From the NCBI GenBank assembly GCA_040402915.1, contig JBBALS010000001.1, positions 1 to 39,853 on the forward strand: DNA of 39,853 nucleotides, given 5' to 3'. The DNA is from Flavobacteriales bacterium (lineage in GTDB: Bacteria; Bacteroidota; Bacteroidia; M30B66). The notes beneath the pieces are model-generated. The model was not told the origin of the DNA. It was given only the letters and a program-made list of their open reading frames with translations, and did not search any database. Shown one piece after another: positions 9,707 through 17,931 of this stretch. Within the stretch, counting starts at the first letter, position 1; each line of letters begins with the position of its first letter. Made by a program: the position numbers and the translations under genes.

Positions 9707-10768
9707 ATGAGTTACCAGATACATATTTCCCAAGTTGCACAATCCCGTATTTCAGAGGTCGATATTGAAAATGTTCCGATGGGGACATGCTTTACCGATC
9801 ACATGTTTGTGTGCGACTACTCGGACAGAACTTGGAATAATCCACGGATTGAGCCATTGGCAGCACTTTCTCTTCATCCATCCGCCATGGCATTGCATTA
9901 CGGTCAAGCCATTTTTGAAGGTTTAAAAGTGACCAAAGGACATAACAATACTCCACTTTTATTTCGTCCAGAAGAAAATGCCAAACGCATGAATATCAGT
10001 GCCGAACGCATGGGCATGGCGCATTTCCCCGAAGAGCTTTTTGTTGAAGCGTTGAAATCGCTTGTGAATCTAGATCGCAACTGGATTCCTTCTTCTGTTG
10101 GAAGTGCCTTGTATCTGCGTCCTTTCATGTATGCCGACGAAGCTTACACAGGAATGCGTGCTGCTACGAGTTATAAATTCGTCATTTTTGCAACACCCGC
10201 TTGGCCGTATTTCAGTAATCGTATTCGTTTGTATGCCGAAACGAAGTATATCAGAGCAGCACAAGGTGGAACCGGAGCAGCAAAAGCCGCTGGAAATTAT
10301 GCTGCAGCCATCTTACCCACCGAGCAAGCCAAATTAAACGGTTACGACCAAGTACTTTGGCTAGATGCACATAATTTCGAGAATATTCTTGAAGTTGGAA
10401 CCATGAATATCTTCTTCAAAATTGGAGGAAAATTCATAACACCTGCATTGGATGGAACCGTATTGGCTGGAGTTACTCGAAATAGCGTCATGCAACTGCT
10501 TCGTCATAAAGGATTTGAAGTGATTGAACGCCAAATATCAATCAGCGAAATTATTGAAGCTTTCAACAACCATTCACTCGAAGAAGCATTCGGAACGGGA
10601 ACAGCTGTGGGAATTGCCATGATTGATGAAATTGGATACAAAGACTTAATCATTAAACTACCAGAACCGAATCCTGTTTCTGTGGAAGTAAATAATATGT
10701 TGAACGATATTAAAACACAAAAAATCGAAGATCCTTTTGGTTGGATTGTCCCAGTTCTCGATAAATAG
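9707..10768 (+). CDS. ilvE: branched-chain amino acid aminotransferase (PLP fold type IV, long form)
   Basis: 353 aa. Motifs FTDHMF, LHYGQAIFEGLK, RPEENA.R, LYLRPF, AKAAGNYA, LEVGTMNIF, AGVTR and GTGTA are typical of about 355-aa BCATs. Confidence 0.85.
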   Translation: MSYQIHISQVAQSRISEVDIENVPMGTCFTDHMFVCDYSDRTWNNPRIEPLAALSLHPSAMALHYGQAIFEGLKVTKGHNNTPLLFRPEENAKRMNISAERMGMAHFPEELFVEALKSLVNLDRNWIPSSVGSALYLRPFMYADEAYTGMRAATSYKFVIFATPAWPYFSNRIRLYAETKYIRAAQGGTGAAKAAGNYAAAILPTEQAKLNGYDQVLWLDAHNFENILEVGTMNIFFKIGGKFITPALDGTVLAGVTRNSVMQLLRHKGFEVIERQISISEIIEAFNNHSLEEAFGTGTAVGIAMIDEIGYKDLIIKLPEPNPVSVEVNNMLNDIKTQKIEDPFGWIVPVLDK

Positions 10769-10899
10769 GTATTTGAAAGCAAATAGAATTTGTCAATTTT
10801 AGGAAATCAAGTTAATATCTAAAAAAATAAATAAAACTCGTTTTATCCTATCTTCCTTGCTTTTAGCTGCAGGAAAATAAATTACGACTAGGATTGATT

Positions 10900-11517
10900 T
10901 TAAGAAATAGTTAACAATTGTTCGAACACAATTTCCATTCGCTTATATCCTAATAAATTGGGATGAACACCATCATCTGCGAAGTCTGGATTCAATGCCC
11001 CTATTTCATTTCTCATAGCCGTGTGGTAATCAATAAATGTAATTCCCTCCATTTCTGAAAGCAATTGCAATTGTTTGTTGAGTTCGATAATTTGATTTAA
11101 TGGATGAACTGAAGGGCGCCAATTGAAAAAGTCAGCAGGCAAAACTGCTCCTAAATAAACTTGGATATTATTAGCTTTTGATAATTGAATCATTAAACGG
11201 ATGTTCTCAACTGTTTCAGCCAACGACATATCACCTGTATTACCAGCAATATCGTTAGTACCTGCCAAAAGATGAAGTGAATTTGGATTCAGCGAAAGCA
11301 CATCTTGCTCAAAGCGTCCAAGCATTTGTGGAGTGGTTTGTCCACTAATTCCACGGTTAATAAATGAGCGCCCCTCAAAAAATGAAGGAAGCTCATCGAT
11401 CCAAAATTCAGTGATTGAATCTCCTAAAAAGACGATGCGACTTTCTCCTTCTGAGGGTTTTGGTAACAGAGCATTTTCTTTCGAATATCGTTTCAAATAA
11501 TGGAAATCTTCGTTCAT
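10900..11517 (-). CDS. SGNH/GDSL-family hydrolase (esterase/lipase-like), no signal peptide
   Basis: 205 aa from MNEDF. SGNH blocks are FLGDSIT (block I Ser), GISGQT (block II Gly), GTND (block III Asn) and DGVHPN (block V Asp/His). ATG 11517-11515 overlaps the upstream gene's TGA as ATGA. Confidence 0.8.
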   Translation of the reverse strand: MNEDFHYLKRYSKENALLPKPSEGESRIVFLGDSITEFWIDELPSFFEGRSFINRGISGQTTPQMLGRFEQDVLSLNPNSLHLLAGTNDIAGNTGDMSLAETVENIRLMIQLSKANNIQVYLGAVLPADFFNWRPSVHPLNQIIELNKQLQLLSEMEGITFIDYHTAMRNEIGALNPDFADDGVHPNLLGYKRMEIVFEQLLTIS

Positions 11518-12707
11518 TGTCGAAAAAGTTCGATGGGTTTTATTTGAATAAATTCTTCCCAAGAAAGACCCGAATCACCAACCAACATGAAACGCGCTTG
11601 TGGATATTTCTTCTTGAACGCGTTTAATCCCGCAGCTTTCTGTTTTGCTCCGCTTTTAATTTCCAAACCAATAATTTCATCTTTTCGAGAAAGGACAAAA
11701 TCGATTTCGTGATTTCCTTCCCTCCAATAATGCAATTTGAATTCACCTTCAATTGAGTTATTCAACAAATGTGCACCAACACATGATTCAACAATTCTTC
11801 CCCAAGCTGCGGGGTTTTTCAATTTACTATGGAGAGAATCGGATTGTTGAGCACTGATGAGTGCTGTATTGTATACTTGGAATTTGGGACTAGACGAGCG
11901 CTGCCGGATTTCATCGTGAGCAAATTTCTCAAGACCACCCAATAAGCCAGCCGAACTGGTAAGTTGAAGATAGTTCGATAAGGTGGTTGTATTTCCGGCA
12001 TCGAGGAGCTGACCTAGAATTTTTGTGAATGAGAGTATTTGCCCAGAGTAACTACAGCCAAGTTCAAACAAACGTTTCATTAAGGCAGGTTTATCAACCC
12101 GCGTAAGCATGAGAATGTCTTTTGAAATACTGGTTTCAATGAGCGAATGAAGCACGTATTCTCGCCAGCGCTTTTCGTTTCGAATTAATTCAGCCGCACC
12201 TGGATATCCTCCAAACCAAGCGTATTGCTGTGCATTCCAACCAAATACCTCTTTCATTTCCCGAAAACTCCAATGGCTCATATACATGGGTTCGAAACGA
12301 CCGGCTAGAGATTCGGTCAAACCTTGTTGCAACATTAAACGTGAAGAACCTAAAAGAATCAATTTGATTTGACATCCTGTTCGGGTGTCATCGTCCCAAT
12401 GTCGTTTAACTGATTCACTCCAATTCTCCAACTTCTGAATTTCATCGATTACCAAAATGAATTCTGTAGCTTCCGATTGCTTTAGTTTTAATCTGGCAAT
12501 TTCCCATTGTTGTTCAATCCAGTTTCTGTTTGATGATTCAACTCCATCGGCCGAAACGAATAAATATGGCAACGGCAGCTCCTTTAATAACTGAAGAACC
12601 ATGGTCGTTTTCCCAATCTGTCTTGGCCCCGAAAGGACTTGAATGAACCTGCGTTTTTCAAGAATTCGTTCTTTTAGTTCGGTGTATTGCAGTCGAAAGT
12701 GTTCCAT
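11514..12707 (-). CDS. AAA-family ATPase with C-terminal DUF4143 (COG1373-type; PD-(D/E)xK-like C-terminus)
   Basis: 397 aa. Walker A is GPRQIGKTT and Walker B is LVIDEIQ. The GYP and SKDI regions are typical of AAA_14/DUF4143 proteins. The C-terminal HEIDFVL...IGLEIKSG resembles a D..ExK nuclease-fold motif. Confidence 0.8.
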   Translation of the reverse strand: MEHFRLQYTELKERILEKRRFIQVLSGPRQIGKTTMVLQLLKELPLPYLFVSADGVESSNRNWIEQQWEIARLKLKQSEATEFILVIDEIQKLENWSESVKRHWDDDTRTGCQIKLILLGSSRLMLQQGLTESLAGRFEPMYMSHWSFREMKEVFGWNAQQYAWFGGYPGAAELIRNEKRWREYVLHSLIETSISKDILMLTRVDKPALMKRLFELGCSYSGQILSFTKILGQLLDAGNTTTLSNYLQLTSSAGLLGGLEKFAHDEIRQRSSSPKFQVYNTALISAQQSDSLHSKLKNPAAWGRIVESCVGAHLLNNSIEGEFKLHYWREGNHEIDFVLSRKDEIIGLEIKSGAKQKAAGLNAFKKKYPQARFMLVGDSGLSWEEFIQIKPIELFRQ

Positions 12708-12750
12708 TTTTTCAAAATATTTGAAGCAGCTAAATTACAAAATAAATGCT

Positions 12751-13140
12751 ATTTTACTCAATGCATTGAGTTATTTTACTTTTTATGCTGCGGAAATTAA
12801 GCGGAAAATTAAATTTCACAATACATCAACTTGAGTTATTTTACTCAACGCAGTGAGTTATTTTACTTTTACAATTGCGTAAATCAAGGAGGAAATTAAA
12901 TTTTATAGCTCATTAATATTGAGCTATTTTACTCAATGTATTGAGTTATTTATTATTATTTAATGAGTAAAATCTGCGAAAAGCCAATGAAATATTTAAC
13001 TATTTACTCAATACATTGAGTTATTTCACGCATTTTATTGCGTAAATAAAGGATAAATAGATGCAGTTTTATACATATATCAATTTGTAGTTTTACTTAG
13101 TCTATTGAGTAATTTACCTCTTTGTATTGAGTAATAAGTC
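12751..13140. repeat. array of five degenerate tandem units (periods 87, 88, 75, 89 bp), each centred on an ACTCAA(n4)TTGAGT palindrome
   Basis: Units begin with TTACT(C/T)A at 12754, 12841, 12929, 13004 and 13093. Palindromes lie at 12756-12771 (perfect), 12843-12858, 12931-12946, 13006-13021 and 13095-13110 (decayed). The inter-palindrome segments are also homologous (GCGGAAATTAAGCGGAAAATTAAATTT / GCGTAAATCAAGGAGGAAATTAAATTT / GCGTAAATAAAGGATAAAT). Confidence 0.85.
12756..12771. promoter_or_regulatory. perfect 16-bp palindrome ACTCAATGCATTGAGT, centred about 56 nt upstream of the ATPase start codon; candidate operator
   Basis: The reverse complement of ACTCAATG is CATTGAGT. This is the copy closest to the ATPase start codon at 12707. 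Its function is inferred only from position and dyad symmetry. Confidence 0.35.
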
Positions 13141-13212
13141 GCATCAACACGCCTTTTTCTAAATCTGATCTTAGAAGCAGAAAATCATCAATTTAAATGA
13201 ACCAATATGGAT

Positions 13213-16200
13213 TTAGCGCAATGGGGCCAACAAACTAAGCAAATCCGTTTTACTTAAATTTTGCAAAAGTCCCGCTTCGTTGGGAATAAGCTCCGAAATA
13301 AGTTGCTGTTTGGATTCCTGAAGCAAACGAATTTTATCTTCTATTGTATCTGGACATATTAATCGAACTGCCATTACACGATTCTTTTGCCCGATTCGAT
13401 GTGCCCGATCAATTGCTTGATTCTCAACTGCAGGATTCCACCAAGGATCTACCAAATAAACATAATCAGCTTCGGTGAGATTGAGTCCGGTCCCTCCCGC
13501 CTTCAAGCTAATAAGAAACACACGAATTTCATCTTGTTCCTTAAATGCTTTAACACGATCTTTTCTGTTGCGTGTTTGACCGCTTAAAAACTCATGCGGA
13601 ATTTGTTGTTTCAATAATGCAGTTTGAATCAATTCGAGCATGCCTACAAATTGAGAAAAAACCAATATTTTATGTTCGGGTGCATGTTGTTGAATTTGTT
13701 CCATCAGTGCATCAATCTTAGCAGATTCTGCACTGAAGTAGTTTTTCTCGTTGAGCAAGGATGGCGCATTGCAGATTTGACGCAATCGAGTTAGTCCTCG
13801 TAAAACATACATGCTATTGCGATTAATTTCGTCGGATTGTTTGTTAACAATGAAATCGCGGAGTTCTTTGGAATATGCTTCATAAATCCGTCTCTGCTCA
13901 ACACCCATTTCACAATAAACAACCATCTCGGTGCGCTGAGGAAGTTCACGGGCTACCTGATTTTTGGTGCGACGAAGAATGAAGGGCTTTACTATACGAC
14001 TTAACTCCTTAGCTCTACTACTGTCTTTAAACGTATCGATGGGAATAGAGAAAAGTAGCTTGAACTGTTGTTTGGTTCCAAGTAATCCTGGACAAGCAAA
14101 CGACAACTGCCCAAACAAATCAAAGGTGTTGTTTTCGAGTGGCGTACCCGTAAGAACCAATCGCTGCTTGGCTTTTAATGAACAAACTGCACGATAACGA
14201 AGCGTTTCGGGATTTTTAATAGCCTGCGATTCATCCAAAACAATTATGTGAAAAGGAAAGGCTTTGAACTCCGAAATATCCGATTGCAAAACCCCATAGG
14301 AAGTGATAAAGACATCGGTATTTCTTAGGTTTACAGATAATTTACTTCGATTAGCCCCATGAATAACTTCAATATTCAATTCGGGAGCAAAGCGTGTAAA
14401 TTCTTCTTGCCAATTGAAAATTAGTGTTGACGGCAACACAATTAAATGCGTTCCTGAATTCCCCTTTTCTTTTAAATATTGCAGAAATGTAATTACTTGA
14501 ATGGTTTTACCCAAACCCATATCGTCGGCCAAACATCCACCAAAACCAAATTCATGAAGGAAATTGAGCCAATAAAAACCTTGTTTCTGATATGCTCGCA
14601 ACTCCGCATTTAAACCTTTGGGTAAGTCAATTTCTTCAATTGCCTGAAACGACTTCAATTTATCGGCATACGTTTGGATTTGCGATTGAGTATGTACATC
14701 GAAATGCGACCAATCATACACATCAGAAACTTCCTGAAAACGAATTTTAGGTGTTCTCAAAATTTCAGCAGCAACAATTCCCATAGAGAAATAACGGGCA
14801 AAACGATCGAGCCATTCCTGTGGAAGTATGCCTTGGGTACCATCGTCAAGCTGAATGTATTTACTTTTGTTTCGAACGGCCGAGCTGAGTTGTTTCATTC
14901 GCACTTTTTGCTTTCCAAATCGAACATCCAATGCCGTTTCAAACCAATCGAGCCCAGATTTAACTTGTATATTCACTTTGGCTTTATGCATCGACAAATG
15001 GAGCTTGCTCAATTCACTAAAACCCAATACACGAATCTGTTTGTTCTGGAGTGTTTCGAACATATTCGGAAACCATTCCTCATCCAAAAATGCGGTCTTG
15101 CTTATAAAAAGTTTTCCTGTTGCCAATTGCTCATTCAATTCTGGAATCAACTTGATTACTGTGGCAAGCAAATCATTTTCGGAATTATCGTCGCGCACAA
15201 TGGTGATTGCATTTCCTTTTAAATCGTTCGTGTAAATTTGCTTTTGAGACATGACCGCAACCTCAACAGGTCCGTAACGCATAGCAGGAATAAGCTGAAT
15301 ATCGTTTCCTGCCTGACTCAAATAAAGCAGCTTCTCAGGAATTTCATCGAGCCCACTTTCTAAGCGCTGTTCTTGATTTGCAGGCTTAAGATGTGCGTAA
15401 TTGATTTGCACTTTCTCTTCGAGTGGTGATAATGTTTTAACTCGAAAATCCTCAAAAGCAGATGCTGGTATTAGTATATTAAATCGCTTCTGACGGAAAA
15501 AATCAAACACGCGAATAATCTGCAAATCGGGGCAAAAATACAGGTAATCTCTGTATCGAAAGAAATACCCAAAAGCCAAGCGAACTTGCTCGAACGGAAT
15601 GTCATTCCCTTCGAGTTGCATAGTTCCATTCATTCGAAACATGGAAGTTTGTTTATCAACAAACAACTGCATGCGTGCATCTAATTCCTGCAATTTCACC
15701 GGTTCGAATGCCGCCAATGGAGGATTATCGGCAGCGTCTCCCGTTAAAATATAGGCAGAAATTTGCAGTGGGTTTTTAAAAATCGCTTTTAGTGCTTTTA
15801 TATCGTTTTCATTTCGATCTTCTTCATACAAATTCGCAAAACGAGCAATGGCAGTGAAAAACTTGAGTTCATCGGGTTGAGAATATTTCCAAATAACATC
15901 GAAAGGATTTATTGCTGTAATTGGCTTTTTAAGTTTCCCATCTGAGGTTGTTCTCGCTTCACATACCTCAATACAGAAATGTTCGTAAAATCGGTGTTTC
16001 CGAAAAACGAGAATGAGTTGTGTTTTTTCGTCTTCGTTCTTAATCGTTTCAGATTCAATTAGCAGTTTTTGATTAATTTGATTTTGGCTAATTGGATCGA
16101 TTAAGAGTAATTCTTTTTGAATGGAAACTATGCTCAATCTTCCATGCTGATAGTCGACTTGAAAAAACAATTCGGGGTTTTCATTCGAAGAAATTCCAAC

Positions 16201-16632
16201 CTGAGCAGCGTATTCTTTTATTTTCTGCTGACGCAATTCCTCATCAAAAAACACCCTAAACTCATCTCGGTTCATAACATTAAAAAGCACTTGAGCTTGA
16301 TGTGCACAAAGCGACTTAGTTGCGTTTCCGCAGGTACAATTAAGCTGAAGTCCAAATTCATTCTGCTCAATCTCGACAGAAGCGGAATTTCGTATCGATT
16401 TAACACGATCGAAACTCGCTTTATTGACAAGTATTTGATGCGGCTGAATATCGTAAAAACCACGCGCATCGCTGGCAACCATATCGCTGCAAATAGCCAA
16501 AATCAATTGTGTATTGAGATTGGCTATTAATACACTTTCTAAGCAAATTTTTCCAGGTTGATCGCCGATATGTACTTGAATTTTACTCATGAATTGGGGA
16601 TTACAATATCCGTTGTTTTGGATTGCATACAC
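13213..16632 (-). CDS. SWIM zinc finger + SNF2-family DNA-dependent ATPase/helicase
   Basis: 1139 aa, with an alternative start MSKIQV at 16590. SWIM motif CTCGNATKSLCAH (CxCx7CxH, nt 16300-16338). SNF2 motifs are LADDMGLGKT (I), LDESQAIKN (II), LTGTPLEN (III), LVFSQF (IV), LKAGGTGLNLT (V) and DPWWNPAVENQAIDRAHRIGQ (VI). Confidence 0.88.
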   Translation of the reverse strand: MYAIQNNGYCNPQFMSKIQVHIGDQPGKICLESVLIANLNTQLILAICSDMVASDARGFYDIQPHQILVNKASFDRVKSIRNSASVEIEQNEFGLQLNCTCGNATKSLCAHQAQVLFNVMNRDEFRVFFDEELRQQKIKEYAAQVGISSNENPELFFQVDYQHGRLSIVSIQKELLLIDPISQNQINQKLLIESETIKNEDEKTQLILVFRKHRFYEHFCIEVCEARTTSDGKLKKPITAINPFDVIWKYSQPDELKFFTAIARFANLYEEDRNENDIKALKAIFKNPLQISAYILTGDAADNPPLAAFEPVKLQELDARMQLFVDKQTSMFRMNGTMQLEGNDIPFEQVRLAFGYFFRYRDYLYFCPDLQIIRVFDFFRQKRFNILIPASAFEDFRVKTLSPLEEKVQINYAHLKPANQEQRLESGLDEIPEKLLYLSQAGNDIQLIPAMRYGPVEVAVMSQKQIYTNDLKGNAITIVRDDNSENDLLATVIKLIPELNEQLATGKLFISKTAFLDEEWFPNMFETLQNKQIRVLGFSELSKLHLSMHKAKVNIQVKSGLDWFETALDVRFGKQKVRMKQLSSAVRNKSKYIQLDDGTQGILPQEWLDRFARYFSMGIVAAEILRTPKIRFQEVSDVYDWSHFDVHTQSQIQTYADKLKSFQAIEEIDLPKGLNAELRAYQKQGFYWLNFLHEFGFGGCLADDMGLGKTIQVITFLQYLKEKGNSGTHLIVLPSTLIFNWQEEFTRFAPELNIEVIHGANRSKLSVNLRNTDVFITSYGVLQSDISEFKAFPFHIIVLDESQAIKNPETLRYRAVCSLKAKQRLVLTGTPLENNTFDLFGQLSFACPGLLGTKQQFKLLFSIPIDTFKDSSRAKELSRIVKPFILRRTKNQVARELPQRTEMVVYCEMGVEQRRIYEAYSKELRDFIVNKQSDEINRNSMYVLRGLTRLRQICNAPSLLNEKNYFSAESAKIDALMEQIQQHAPEHKILVFSQFVGMLELIQTALLKQQIPHEFLSGQTRNRKDRVKAFKEQDEIRVFLISLKAGGTGLNLTEADYVYLVDPWWNPAVENQAIDRAHRIGQKNRVMAVRLICPDTIEDKIRLLQESKQQLISELIPNEAGLLQNLSKTDLLSLLAPLR

Positions 16633-16646
16633 TCATCATTTGAGAA

Positions 16647-17162
16647 TTATTCTTCATTCAACTTCCGAAAATAAATTTTATTATCGAGATACCACCGCCC
16701 TTCAATTTCGATGGTATTTTCTAGAACCATTCGATAGTTATTCGTCATATAGTGAAAATCAATCTCCACCCGATTTATTTCAATTGAATCGTTTTCGATA
16801 GTTGCATTTGGAGATATCTTCTTGGAAGTTCGAATGCTATCCGTTTGAATCATTTTCCAATCAATTCCTTTGTTTATTCCATCCTTTTGAATGTTGATTA
16901 ATTTTGAATTTAACTCGATGATTTGGTTAGAATAGCTCTCTTTCAAAGCAGATATCTTATCATCATTCAATTCCATGTTGTGTTTTCCAGCATACCTAAG
17001 TAGTTGATTGGCAGTTGGAAAATGTTTTTTTATTTGAGAAATGCTATCACCTTGAAAGCAGTTCATTAGTGATATTCCAAGTTCTTCTGGGTTTGATTGA
17101 CAATAGATTTTGGAAGTGAAAATTGAGATTAAAACGAATAGAATTTGATAAATTAATTTCAT
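16647..17162 (-). CDS. hypothetical secreted protein
   Basis: 171 aa. N-terminal signal-like MKLIYQILFVLISIFTSKIYCQ. No recognisable motif. It lies 4 nt after the alkB stop and 14 nt before the SNF2 ORF start. Confidence 0.5.
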   Translation of the reverse strand: MKLIYQILFVLISIFTSKIYCQSNPEELGISLMNCFQGDSISQIKKHFPTANQLLRYAGKHNMELNDDKISALKESYSNQIIELNSKLINIQKDGINKGIDWKMIQTDSIRTSKKISPNATIENDSIEINRVEIDFHYMTNNYRMVLENTIEIEGRWYLDNKIYFRKLNEE

Positions 17163-17166
17163 TATA

Positions 17167-17796
17167 TCACAAAGATGGTGAATGATTTATAGTTCTAAAT
17201 GTGAGATTTATTCTAGGTGTTCCTACTTTTTTGGTTTTGGGCAATTGATGTAGCCAATGCTTTTGAGTTATGCCTTTCATAAGCAATAAACTTCCATGTT
17301 CAAGGAGGACTTTCACTTTGATGTTATCCTGTTTATGTTTTAATTCAAAAACCCGTTCGACTCCAAAACTCAAGGAAGCAATAGCCCCATTTTCCAATAA
17401 TTCCTTTTCATTATCACTGTGCCAAGCCATGCCTTCATCGCCCGAATGATATAAATTAAGCAAACAAGAATTGTACGTAAAACCAGTACATGATTCCAAA
17501 AAGATTTTTAATTCAAGCAGCGTTTTATTCCATGGTAACGCTTGCTTCTTTGAATTTGAATACACATACTCGAAAGGTAAATTACCATACCATGCCACTT
17601 TCCGTTTGGTCACAATGCGTTTTCCAAACAAAACTAATTCATCGTTTTTCCATTCAATTTCATCACGAAGTTTTAGGAAAAAGGCATCAGCTATTTCAAG
17701 CGAAATAATAGCTCCGAAATAATTGACCTCTCCATCTTTCGGTAAAATATTCTCGAAAGCATCGGCTTGAAAAAGATTGTATGTGTTATTCGACAA
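17167..17796 (-). CDS. alkB: AlkB-family Fe(II)/2-oxoglutarate-dependent dioxygenase (alkylated nucleic acid repair)
   Basis: 209 aa. AlkB-like layout: LLNLYHSGDEGMAWHSDNE (HxD iron ligands), LLEHGSLLLM (distal His) and RINLTFR (2OG-binding Arg). Confidence 0.8.
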   Translation of the reverse strand: MSNNTYNLFQADAFENILPKDGEVNYFGAIISLEIADAFFLKLRDEIEWKNDELVLFGKRIVTKRKVAWYGNLPFEYVYSNSKKQALPWNKTLLELKIFLESCTGFTYNSCLLNLYHSGDEGMAWHSDNEKELLENGAIASLSFGVERVFELKHKQDNIKVKVLLEHGSLLLMKGITQKHWLHQLPKTKKVGTPRINLTFRTINHSPSL

Positions 17797-17931
17797 TAGT
17801 GTTCAGTTAAAAATTAGAATCAAAAATCATTGGTAAAGTAAAGAAAACAAGGAATACGAATGCTTTATAAATCTCGTTATCAATCATTCCTTTATTTCTC
17901 TACTTTTGCACAATATTATTTAAAACTCCTG

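Noticed and set aside
12643-12834. 63-aa plus-strand ORF spanning the ATPase start and the first repeat unit
   Set aside because: It overlaps the well-supported ATPase N-terminus on the opposite strand and runs into repeat DNA. The equivalent frames in the other units are broken by stops.
12751-13140. CRISPR array interpretation of the regularly spaced palindromic repeats
   Set aside because: The segments between palindromes are homologous to one another, so they are not unique spacers. The periods vary (75-89 bp), the repeat copies decay progressively, and no cas genes or leader are present in the window.
14674-15235. Long antisense ORFs (182 and 126 aa) inside the SNF2 gene; similar cases at 16117-16530, 29732-30157, 21520-21987, 7672-8085, 1988-2389 and 24498-24860
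   Set aside because: Each lies fully inside a gene whose product has strong family motifs on the other strand. The translations are low-complexity or Cys/Arg/Phe-rich with no motifs, which is typical of chance ORFs.
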